From Vicugna vicugna (lineage: Eukaryota), in assembly GCA_013265495.1 (NCBI GenBank), contig MU058769.1, positions 270,477-332,476 of the forward strand: a stretch of 62,000 nucleotides of DNA. Reading direction: 5' to 3'. This document shows, piece by piece, positions 1 to 13,116 of the stretch (its first letter is position 1; every line of letters begins with the position of its first letter). The position numbers were made by a program, and so were the translations under genes. The notes under the pieces are model-generated. The model did no database searches. It was not told the origin of the DNA and worked only from the letters and a program-made list of their open reading frames with translations.

Positions 1-72
1 GCAATTGCACAACACATGCAACCTGCACCATCCAGGTACAAGCCAATCCACGTGAAGATAACTGACTGCCAC

Positions 73-256
73 CTAGGTCAGGAAGTTGTTCTGTTGTGCG
101 ACAATGGGGTACCGAGGATCCGCGTCCTCCTCCTCAGAGGATGTCTGTTCATAGAGTTCATCCTGGGCAATAATGCTCCCTAAGCCATACTCCTGCTCGT
201 GGACAGAGACCTCATTCAGAGTGAGGTGGAAAGAACCTTCCACAAAATCAGCAAAT
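73..256 (-). CDS. NEMP1: NEMP1 exon 9 coding part; stop TAG at 73-75; the 3'UTR runs off the window
   Basis: ttgcag acceptor; [33 protein letters not shown]...NNFLT*. Confidence 0.96.
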
Positions 257-3200
257 CTGCAAGAGAGAAGATAATAGTCATTAGGAACCTGCCTGCTGCC
301 TTTTCTGTTTTCTTTCAAAATAAGAGTAAATTGAAACCCCTGATACGCTCTCAGCTCAAATTATATTGAGTCTAGCCAATACCTTTGTTCTTACTCCGGC
401 AGGTAAGCAGCCTAAAGCAAGAAATAAGAAGAAAAGGAAAGCTGGGGTCACAGGCCAAAGTCCCCGGCAACCCCATCCTGCTTAGTAAGCACGCCCAGTC
501 ATGGGGTGGTAGTTGCCCTTCTCAGTTGTGGAAGTGCTAAAGTTCCCTTAGTCATCGTAATCCCGACAAGAGGGGATTAAGGGGTGTTTATCTGTGTTTA
601 TGGCCCTATAAACTTTATGGCATCAGGATTCCAAATTGAAGCTTCACCTACTCATTGGTACGGTTGCTTCCAAATAAAAAGGACCCCATTCCCCTGCTGC
701 CAAAAGTTTTTTAAAAACCACTCAAAGAGCAATGAATCAGAGAGGAAACAATACGGTACTGGAGTCTTTCCATCTGAATGCTACAGACAAAGCCACAGCA
801 AAGAGCTCCTTGAGGAACCCCAAAAGGCTTCACATATGATGATATACACACCTTTCTCTTGACTACTCCCAACGAACAAGAAAACAGAGCCGTAGGTACA
901 AAATGATCACCCAGAAGTAGGCTCTCTGGGCATGGCCACCCTGACAGACATGCGGCATTTTTGGCCAAGAGTTTATGTACCTCTTTGGAGACTGGATTCG
1001 AGAAATGGTTTTCCAAGCTGAGCAGTCTGGACTGTTGCAGTATTCTCTAAGCTCCTCTAAAGCCTTTCGGGTCTCCACTTCTCCTTGTATCCGATACTCT
1101 TCTTCTGTCAGGAGACGAGGGGGGACAGTCTTTTCTGTTGCCTTACACACCTTTCTGTGCTCACCAAAATAACACCATGAATGATTAATCAGTAATCGAC
1201 ATCCATCTTACCTTCAGCGGGCCAAGCATACAGCAGAGAGCCTGAACATTAAGAGTCACTGCTCCCACCTTTCTCCTATAGACACTTTTAGTTATAATGA
1301 ACTCGACACATTAGACTATGAGTGACAAATGAGGAGTCAGTGTTATTCACTAATGTGAATAAATTCACTTATTTTCCAATAAATGATAGACAAAATATTT
1401 ATCTTCCCATAAACCGAAAAATCACAAGAAAATGATGGCATAAGACTGTGGTCCATTAACTTGAGCCCCCCAAACTGAAGACATCACTTTGACTATCTAT
1501 AATAGTCAACCACAGATAACCTCAGAACCTATGACCACTCCATAGTCACTATGCAAGATGATAACATGCTTTGAATTGCATCTTAAAATAAGACAGGACT
1601 TCCAGAGCAATCTGAGAGCCAGTGTGAAACAATCCGAAACCAGGTGACCTGAGGCGTGTGGGGTAAAAGTGATACACTCGGCACCACCTAGTGGTAACAG
1701 GAACACATGACATTTCACTAGATGCTTTCATTTCATGTAAAATAACTAGAATTTATAAGTTCTACAAAATGCCTACATAGAATCTAAAAAGAAAGACAAG
1801 AAAGAAATTAAAGTGAAGCATAACACCATTAACAAACAGGCTCCCAGGGTAACACCTCTGTAGCCTTCTGCTGCAACTGCACCCCACATCACACACTTCA
1901 GTACAGAGCTACGTTGCCTTGCAGTCACCTGTAGGTGATGTACAGCCAGTGAACAGGGTACTCCAGGTTCTTAGTACACAGTGCAATGATGACAACGCCA
2001 AGGGCGATATGCGGTATCTGGATGCCAGAATACATGAAACACAGGCCCATCAGCTGTAAGGTCCAGGTTAGCAGGTTGATACTTCGTTCGTTCTCCAAGG
2101 GCCCATACTTGTAACAGACTGCAAAACTCATGAATCCAACTGTGAGGACGTAGCCTAGGAGAAGAGTTATCAGAAGACATTCTTTTGCATCTAAAACTGG
2201 TAAAAATAATCTGTGTAGGGAACAGTAGTAAATTCACTATATAGCACCTATTGAACCCGGAAAATGGATAAGATCTTTACTCAAGTATTCACACTTTTTT
2301 CATTAATCAGATATATTTATCTCCTTAAGTTTCTGTCCTTTCTGTTGTACCAAATGGAGTAGAGCTACATGCTGAACAACTCTAAAATAGTCTAAAAAAC
2401 CTTTATACAAGAAACTCCAAATTAATCACCTCTCAAAGGGCAGATTAAGGGTTACTATCTATATAACCAAAGGATTCTTGCTTTATAGATAAGATTCACT
2501 GTAGAGTCCTTTACTTCTTAAAGTTCTCAAGTATATTTAAAAATATGATTATACTTATAAATTTTACAGTTTTTCAGAAAGATGCCTAGTGTGTAAAGAG
2601 AAGGTGTACTTATAAACATCAACAATTTAAAGTCTTCTGCCTAGCAGCATCATTTTAATCTAAGAGAAGGTGACAACTATAGAGGGGTTAGAAGTAAGTA
2701 AAGAACTATGATTCTTACAAGTTAATAAAATGGCACAGGCTATTAAACTCCTGCAAGCAGGCAACATCTTTTCATGATCAAATTAACTAAAACAGCCTAT
2801 AAACATATATAAAGAAAAGCAAAACCAGTAACACTTACTTAAGAGATACTGCCAGTAACACCTCCAGATCTCTTGTAAATTTTTAAAAACTAGTTGAATG
2901 AGGTACAGAGAAAAGGACCAGCCTCCCACCAGGATGATGTAAATGGGACTTTTCTAAGATAGAGTAGAAGTGAAAGCAAAAAGTTACAACAGGCTTTCCA
3001 TACATAAAAGAAGCAAAATGGAACTACAGTAATAATTTTTTTAAAAAATCAACCCACTAAAAATGCACAAAACACATCTCTTAAAAAGATGTCCTTTATA
3101 TTTAAAATGGTATGGTTTGCAAAGAACACTGGGAAAAAGAAACGCTAAGTAACTTAAATGCCTGGGTATGCAATCTACGTAATTAGCAAACAGGAAGCAG

Positions 3201-6200
3201 ACTTTATTTCCCCCACTGCACACAGGAGTTCAAATAAAAAGGGAGTTTGTATGTCATCAGCCTCCACACTTCATCCAAGCACCTCTCTGAATCAGGGAAA
3301 GAGAAGACACTGACTTACCATCCATCAGTGCACATTTTCAGCACTGTAAAATTATCTAAGAAAACAGTCCTTCAACTATCCAAGCTCATCTAACTAACAG
3401 CATTTACGAATTCTGCTGCTTACCTTGGGCATAAACTTGGAGAGAATGAAAATGATGATTAGTAGGGAGGCCACAATTCCCACACCCATTCCAGTGGAAT
3501 AGTAGAAGATTTGACTTCTGCAGAGAGAAAATTCGTTTCATGGCTACGTGTGTATTCTTTATAAATGGCATTGTTCAAACCAGGACAACTATCCCAGCCA
3601 AAAGATAGAAAAAAGGTACAAGAGCAGGTATTTGCTCCAAACCTGAGAGAGGTCAGAAGACTGGAGAGACCAGTACAGCGTAGTTGCTGCCAGGTTGTGA
3701 GGATTAGCATCAAGGAGGGTCCTTCGAACAGATCTCAATAACTGACCTCTGCTTAGCCTCCCACTCCCACCCGTAGCCTCTCTCCCCACCCCGTCTGTAA
3801 TAAGAATCTTTCTTCTGAGGAACTGCACAGCTTCCCTGGGGAGAAGGAAGGGGCAAGGGTACTGCCCAAGCGGAGACTGGAAACTGGAACTGAACTGGTT
3901 ACCGAAGGACAAACCGAACACAAGGCACGGAACAGAGAGCTCCTATTCCTATTCCAGGCTCCTTCTACCAGATATTCTTTCCCTCACCGTGAGCTTCTCT
4001 CAGGATCCTCAAAATAGAGACAACCTCTGTGAACCTCATGCCAGCTGAACTTCACCTGAACTTCCCCTTTCTTTCACTACTCCACAAATATTCTCCTTGT
4101 GTACAAGGTTAATGTTGATTCCACTTTTGTTCAATGTTTGTTTAGTTAACTCTTTTCTTTGTACTTGTACATGTCTGTTTCACCTAGCCTAGCCAGTAGG
4201 TTCCTAAAGGCAGGAAATAAATGCGTGGATGTGCTTCTTTACCTCTGAATAGCATGAAACTCAGCAAACAGCCCTGTAAAAAGGAGGGCTTACTTCACAT
4301 ATTATTTCTAACAGTGGAAAGGGTGGTGACATATTGGCTAAATCCCATCAAACGATGCGTAACCTAGTGGAAGAATTTCATTATTGCCAATCTTATTAAT
4401 ATAAGAAAAAATAATAATCATAACACATATTAAACTATTTTTTAAAATTTCCAAGCAGGCAATGGTCTAGCCATCCATAAAGTTCCCGGAAAGGCAGCAT
4501 TTTGGGTCTTTATGATAAAAGTCAAGCAGGGTAGGTCTGAGCCTCACCATTCTGCCCTCTAGCCTTGGAACCTACCTGCTTAGCAAGTCTCCACAAAAAA
4601 ATAGCATAAGTCCAAGAAGGAAAATGAGGAAGAGTTTGGCGTCAAATCCTGAAACAAATAAAAGACTTCCGCTTAATAGGGGAACCAAACAATGTAAGGC
4701 ATTCTAGAATGAAAGGCAATACTTGAATCATTGGTCAGCAAACAAAATAAACACAAACAGCCTACCTAAACAGCATTTTAAATTTCACACAAAGCCTGGG
4801 CCCCTCCCAAAGAGAAAGTACAATTAGGTCTCTGTCTAACCTGTACTTTCCTGAACAGTTTATTTTTATTTTGGCTACCACGTTAAGCCTAAAAGAAACT
4901 AAGCTTTGCTTTGGATGGAGCCAGACAGTGCCACCAGCACTTCATGCAGTCGCCCACAAGGGGTCTCTACCATTCTGGCTTTCAAGCCTTAAGTCACTCA
5001 TGGGCTTGGATTCAGCAGATCTGCCTTGAACTCTGGGTCAGGGCCCTCTGCTGTTCTCTGACTGGCTGCTTTTCTTGACCACCACCACCACCTACTTCCC
5101 TTCACTACAAAGCACTGTGTTGGAAAAACCCACACTCAAACACATCTCGCCCAAGACCAGGGGGCCCAAGCAGATGCCCCTTCCTGGCATGTCAGACACT
5201 CCCACAGCTTTCACATTCAAGAGCTCTGAGTCTAGGGGAGGTCCACAAACAGAACAGGAGCAAGAGGCATCAGCAAATACAAAAGGAATGCCAAAAAACA
5301 GGCTGATCCGATTCCACCAAAAAGCTGTGGAACCCCAGGACAAATAGAAGGGCACAGCACAGCAAAAACCAGGGACTTTTCTACTACTCTCCTGGGTACT
5401 TATCAAGGAGAGACCAAAAGTCAGAGAGAGTTCAACAGCATAATGATCCACCTCCTCTCTGCAGCCTTCTCAGACACATTTAGAGAAGGGAAAACCTCTC
5501 CCACTTTCACGGAATAAGCCTTAAACGGCAATGACCTTCACATCTATTCAGTCCTACAAATATTCTTTTGCTTGTGAGGTATTAAGCTGTACCTTTCTTC
5601 AGTTCTGTTGTTTAACCATTCATGTCTTCAAATGCAGGCCTGTACATCTCAGGACATCTACCTGTGTCTATAAGCGCGCAGAGGGCAGGAGGGCGTCTAT
5701 CTTACTCTGAAGAATACTAGGCCTATCAGCTCAGGGCCGCTGGACTAGTAGGAATGCAAGTCTTCACAGTTCTAGGCAAGAAGGCACTCAGAATGACTTA
5801 AGGTGAAGTCTCAATTCCAGGCTAAAAGGGGTCTACGAGGGGTGGAGTCTCTGAACTGTATGGAGCAGTGGTATATTCAGGTTATAATCAGAATCCAAAC
5901 GGAGCTGTCTTGGGCTGACTTCTCTGTCTCACTAATTATACCCTCCAAAGCTCAGTCCCTTCTCACCACAGAATCCATCAGAAAAACAGAGGTAAGACTT
6001 ACTCCGGGTCACAATGACACTGTACTTGGTGTCTTCCTCTAAAATCTCAACTTTGAGGCAGGTTTTTGTGCTGTATAGACCCACATTAACATAGGTGTCA
6101 TTCAATTTCTCTTTTAAAAAGGAGGAAAAAAAGTTCCAGATACTAAACTGCTCTAGCTCCTTCAGTTTCTCCTCATTCTCCACCTGGGTGACTCGTACCA

Positions 6201-9200
6201 GTTTGGAACTGTTTACCCGGATCTGCAACACAAGTAAAATCAGGATGAGAAAGGTGGAAGTAGGAATTTTACATTTTCACAAATACAATTTAAAAAAAAC
6301 AAACTTTAGAGTAAACAGCTAAATCAATAATGGCACCAGCTTTCCACAAGGCTTATGAGAAATAGATGCAGCGGCTGAAGCATAATTGGGCAAATAACAC
6401 TGCACGTGGTACAGAGAAGCAGCTGTTAGAATGCCTTATTGTGAGCATGATCGGAATCTACTATTAGACCAGAACATAGGGAAGAATAAAAAACTTCCAT
6501 GCTGAAAAAGTTACTAATGCATCTATTTATGAGATCATACAAAGCAAGGATCTAAAATATTAAGAAAGTTGCCAGGCATAACAGCTCCAAAATTATTTCC
6601 CATAATGACAGGCTGAAAAGCTCAACCCTCTGTCACAAATCACTGATTATGGATAAATGTTGGTTATAATGTGCCCCAGATGGTATATGATCTTTCTATC
6701 AGACAATGAAAAGAGAGAATTGGGGGGAAAAAAACCCCACAAGCTCACCCTTATGTTTTTGATGTGAAGAAATGCCCTTATCAGTAACTATGCTTACAGG
6801 AGCAGAAACATTTTCAAAGGACTCATTTGTTCAATCAGCATAGCCAGACACTCTTGCTTGCCAGGTGGCTCAACAGAGTTATGACACAAATGAGACCAAA
6901 GTCATTCTACTGAGGGGAAACTTCAGCTCGGGGGGTTTAACGCAACATCTTGTGCAGAATCAAAACAGATTAGGAGCAGCAAGGCAGGAGTTTACACCCT
7001 AACAGGCACACAAAGCTTCCAGCCCAAGAAGGTACAAGGCCTTCAGAAAGGGAGAGAGGTGTGTGAGTGTGTGAGTGAGTGTGTGTGAAAGGAGAGAGGG
7101 GAAGAGAAAGAAGGAGTTTCTTTGGGAAAAGAAAAGGACACTCAGGGTCAAGTACTGGGGGCTATTTAAAGGAACAGAGAGAGGGGAACACAAGGGAGGA
7201 ATAAACGCTTACTGATGACAACACTGATTAGATCAAGGATAACCTCAACCTTAGCAAGGTTGTTAATTTTACATACATATTTTTTAAATTGTGTGTGAGA
7301 AGGGAAATAAGTCCAAGTACTCACTAATCACAGACAGACAGATATTTACAGAAACTGCCCCTGCCAGGGGCCTCCAATTATTACCTGTATCCGTGTCCAT
7401 ATGTCATGCCACTTTGGGATAAGCACATTTTTATAACAGGATTGTTGACTGGTATTCATATAATAAACTTTGGATTCCTGAAGCATGACCACTTTTAAAT
7501 CAATTCCGGCTTTATGTAAAAAAAGGAGATAAGAATTAAGTATAATAACAAAATAAGCTAATAACTATAATTCATTTCATAAGAAGAATTAAACCGACCA
7601 CTTTCTTAAAGCTAGGGTTAAAGTGTCAGTGACTAAGAAACAAAGAAGAAAACTGAGATGAGAGAAGAAATAAGGCAGTCTTATATCTGACAAATATAAT
7701 TATTTAAATATTAAATAGTCACTAACCCAGGATAAGTAATAATAAAAGCCACTATTAAGTGTTTATTAAGCCAGACAATATGCTGTCTGTCTCATTTAAC
7801 CCTCCCAACAATGTTATAAGGTAGGCATTCTCATAATCCCCATTTTACAAATGGGGAAACTGATGTTGAGGAAAGATTAAGGAATTTGCCCAAAGTCACA
7901 CAGCTAGTAAACAGCTTAACTGAGCTTCACAACCAGGTCCCGTTTCCCTTATAAAGGCATAGCTGAAGTAACCCCATCTGGTGATTTTCTCTATCCCTTT
8001 TCTGAGTAGGATGCACAGAATTGGCAACGTTTTTGTACTGGAGTACTTTAAGCAGATACTAAACGAGAAAGACTGCAAAATTGCTTTTGTTCCAGCTGTT
8101 TGTTTCATTTCAAGTTTCAAGAGCAGCCAATGAACATATGCAGGCCCTTTGATTTTACCAAAACAAACTCCCCTCAGGACTTCGTATTCAATCTTGGCTA
8201 ATTTAAGGTTTAAAAGTGACCACTCTCTTATATCTTCCCACCCAAGTTTGCACAAACTTCCTTCTTCACCACGAAACATTTCAATAATTTCTTCCTTAAG
8301 CTCTACATTGTACTTAGCAATTCATTAAGTGCTACTCTAAGGGGAAGGTTAGTTATCTCTCTGATCCTTGGTATAAAAGTGGGTAGATTTAAATAAACTG
8401 ATAAAACAAAAAACACAACAACCTCAACCAAACCTTAGAAAGCCAAAGTTACACACAAAAAAGGGCAACAACACCCATCATTCTGAAACGGTTGAAGGTG
8501 AAGCTAAGACTAATTCTGAAGTTAAATTTGGTCTTAAGCCTAAATGTAAAAACAAAAACTATAAAACTCCTAGAAGAAAACATATAAATCTTTGTGACCT
8601 TGGATGGCAATGATTTCTTAGATATGACACTAAAGCATAAGCATAAGCAACTCAAGAAAAAAATGATCGGACTTCATAAAAAAATAAATCCAACTTCATA
8701 AAAATTTAAAACTTCGGTGTTTCAAAGAACACTATCAAGAAAGTAAAAAGACAACCCACAAAATGGGAGAAAATATTTGCAAATCATATATCTGATAAGA
8801 GCCTAGTATCCAGAATCCAGAATATGTAAAGAACTTCTCCAACTCAACAAAAAAGAGAAATAACCCAATTTTTAGAATGGGTGAAGGACTTAAATAGACA
8901 TTTCTCCAAAGAAGATATACAAATGGCCAACGAGCACAATGAAAAGAAGCTCAACATCATTGGCTGTTACAGGAATGCAAATCAAAACCACAATGAAACA
9001 CTACTTCAATCTCATTAGGGTGGCTATAGTAAAAGAGGACAATAACCAAATGCTGACAAGTATGTGAAGAAACTGCAACCCTCACACACTGCTGGTGGAA
9101 ATATAATATGGTGCTGCCTCTCAAAAAGTTTGGCAGTTCCTGGAAAACTTAAACACTTATTTTATGTTACTACATGACCCAGCAATTCCATGCCTATGTA

Positions 9201-12200
9201 TATACCCAAAGAAATTGAAATACATGTTCACACAAAAACTTGTACACAAATGTTCAGTGCAGCATATCCATAATAACCAAACAGTGGAAACAAATCAAAT
9301 GTCCATCAGCTAATCAATGGATAAACAAAATGCAGTATTATCCATACAATGAAATATTATTCAGCCATAAAAAGTACTGATACATACTGTAACATGGATG
9401 AATCTCAAAAACATGATGCTGAAAGAAGCCAGTCCAAAAAAAGAAAAAAAAGGCCACATATTCAATGATTTCATTTTTATAAATGTCCAGAACAAGCAAA
9501 TCCAGAGACAGAAAATAGATTAGTGGTTGCCAGCTGACCCTTGAACACGTGTTTTGGGGCACCGACTCTCAGCACAGTCACAACTCTGCGCATAACTTCA
9601 GTCAGCCCTCTGGATCCACAGTTCTGCACCTTCAAATCCATGTCCTTCGAGGGTCAACTGTATACTAAAAACCACTGAAAGCATGGATTTTATGGTATGT
9701 GAATTATATCTCAATTTTGTTTTTATTGAAGTAGAGCTGATTTACAATATTGTGTTAGTTGCTGGTGTACAGCAACATCTCCATTTTTTAATTCAGTTTT
9801 GATGTTGCAGAGGAAGAAGAAGTTTTCCCTGACCCTCTTAGGGTCCCTGGCTAGGTCTGGAAATTAAACTGACAAAGACATATTAAATGTAGGAGAAATG
9901 TATACAAACTTATTTAATGTTTTCCATGACATGAAAGCCTTCATAAGGAAATGAAGACCCAAAGGAACAGTCAGACCTACATACTTTTACGCTGGATGTG
10001 ATGAAGAGTGGACAATTGTGGAGGAATACAGTAGGTTGAGTATGAGGTAAGTGTAGTAAACTGCGGGAAACAGCAAAGCCTGTCTACTAGGATTCTTCTT
10101 TGTGTCCCTTTGTCTTCCAAGATAAGGATGCTCTTTTCCTCCCGATATAAGGAGGGCACCTCTCGCGTGAGGATTTTATGATCTGTTTCAGGGAAGAAGG
10201 GCAAAGTGGGGGAGGCAAGAGCGACCTTCCTGCTTCTGCTATTTTCTCAAACTCCCTCAGCTTGAAGTATTTAACATGCCTAGGTGCCATATTTTGGGGT
10301 AATGTGTCCTGAACCCTATCTATCAGTTTCTCACTAGGGTTTAATTCAGTAGTAATTTGGATTTCCTCCAAGCCTATCTTTCATAAAATGAGAACTTTTC
10401 AAAATCCTATTGACATTTGTCTCACTAGAACACCCACAAATATACTGAAAGAACACCCACTTACAAATATGTATCAAGAGTTTATCTTCTTCTGGAGACT
10501 GTAAGAGAGTAAGATTATGTGAAGCTTAAAACTACTGATACAAATTTATTTTAAAGTCACACTTATTAACCCCTTCCTTCCCACAGCACCAAGTAATAGA
10601 ACACAACATTTTTTTAAGCCCATTATTATTTCCAAGAGTACTAAGATACAAATAAGGTCTCAATAGCACAGGCTATTTGAAGAACTTAATGCCAAGAAAA
10701 TGCATCTGTGTTTTTAAACTAACTTTAAAATTCTTCAGTATCATTTTTGTAAAGAAATAAAACTTCTACAAAAAGCAACATTTAAAAAAATCTAGTTCTT
10801 CCTTTTCCCAAGTTCCACACCATTCAAAGGAAATCGCTGTAAATAAACACACAAATAATCTCATTTAATAGCAACCTCCTACAGAAATCAGCACCTTGGC
10901 CAGCCACAGCTTTGGCAATTCACTGAGAGGGAAAATATACCAATTCAGCCTAAGAGGATAATCTGTGGAAACAATCACCACTCCAGCTATAGCATAAGTT
11001 GTTAGAAACACAGAACTAAACCAAATTACCTTAAACACACACGGGTTGTCAAAATGCTCATGTTAGAACCTTGCGCTTTCTGTAGCAAAAGGACATACAA
11101 CACCTTTCTTCCCCTCCCCAAGGTGAGTTAGCCAGCGTGGTAAAAGAAGAAAGAATTAAACATTAAAAAAAAAAAAAAAGCCTTCTGAGCCCAAAAATCT
11201 AGTAGTTTTTGGAAAATGCCTTCTTCGAATTTAGTGAATCACAACTAGCTTATTGTATTTATCCATAAAGCACATACTTAAAGATTTATAACTTCATATT
11301 TACTTATAAACATTATGAACTTACTTTCACCTACTTTTCAATCAACAACACTGATCATTTAACATTTACTAGTAAAAGGTAACGAAAATAATTCATAGTA
11401 TGTGAGGACCAGAACAAACCCTAAAAAGTCATGAAAAACAACCTCTGCTAATTCTTAAATAGCCTCTATTCATTTCTGTCAAAAGGCAATCCCATTCATA
11501 CTTAAAAGCCTCCTTAAAGACTAGCACCTTAAATCAGTGGGCTTAGCAAAGGACTATTCAATGAGATGCTAGAACAACCGACTGGTTATAAGGAAAATAA
11601 AATCTATCTAGATACCCACACCAAACACTACATTAACTATTGATTAAAAAGTAAAATGAAACATAATTAAATCATAACACACACACATATATACATATAT
11701 ATGTATGAATCAATTCAATTTTGGAGAGCTCTTTAAGCATAAAAGAAGTGAAAATAAATCTAAAGAATAAATTCAAGTGACCACATAGAAGTATAAATAA
11801 AAATAAATATTTAAAAAGATAAAGGGAGCAAACAAATTAAAGTTCTGCAATAAATAAATACATTTAGTAAAAATATATATCTTTGATACATAAAAAAGTT
11901 CATACAAGTTAAGTATACAAAAATCACAATAAACAGCAACCACAATAAATAGCCAAGAACAAAGGACACACTTATACTCCAAAAAAAAAAAAGTCTAAAT
12001 AGAAAATTAAATTAATAAACAGTTGAAAGATGCTTCCTCACAAGTAATGCAAGAAATGCAAAATAAATTAAGATACCACTTTTGATCTATCAAATTAGCA
12101 AAAGTGTTACAGTCTAGAATATCCAATGCTGGCAAAGGTATGGGTCACAAGCAAATATAGCTGATAGTGGTGTAAACTGGCACACATTTTCAGAAATTAT

Positions 12201-13067
12201 TTTAGCAAAATGTTTCAAGGGTCTTAAATGTATTTTAGCCTTTGATTGAATAAATCCATTTCTGAGAATCTATCCTTAAAAATGAAAATCCAAATGGTCT
12301 GTCCATAGGCTAGAACAGAATACACGTAAAAATAACATTTATGAAGAATTTTAAATGACATAGGTAAATGTTTATGCTACAGAATCAAATGAGAAAACTA
12401 TCTCTGGTAACAGGGAAGAGAACTGGATTGCTGACAGGCACACGAATGTATCATCAATTCAAAAATTTTTTTTAATTAAAAACATGTAGAAGCAGACCAG
12501 AAGAAAGTGTGCAATAATAGACTGCCTCTGAACGTAATAAACAATAAACAATGGAATAACTAAGTATAAATAACAATAAATGACGTGTTATTTATACTTA
12601 ATTGTACTTGCCCAATAGTCTTAAATAAATTCACATTATTTTTATAATGAAGTTTTTCAAAAACCTCCAGTGAGAAAGAACTCCCTTCCTGTCTTTTGAA
12701 GTACTCCATTCTCTCTTTAGGTACCTCTCACTTTTACAAAGTTCTACTCTATTACATGATTGTCTCTTTGTAGCTGCCACCTACATGATCTACCAGGCCA
12801 CAAAGAACAAATATCCCGAGGTGACCCTTCTCCAAGCCAAAAAGTCTCCCGTTCCTCTCCTCATCAAAGAAACTTTGGAACTTTTGATTGAACACTGACT
12901 ATGCAGGAGCATTCTGGTATATATATTCTTTCATCCCCACAATCCACAATCCCATTTTAGAAGTTAACCATCAGGCCAAAGTTCATTCAGATCATACGGA
13001 GCCCTTCAGATATTATTCTGGGGCCCGCTTCTGGAAAAGTACCTTCCCGATACCCACTCCACTCTCC

Positions 13068-13116
<49 letters not shown>

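Noticed and set aside
4483..4491. Perfect GAS TTCCCGGAA in NEMP1 intron 4 (isolated GAS sites also at 48856 and 51585)
   Set aside because: Isolated 9-mers occur at about this rate by chance, with no supporting cluster.
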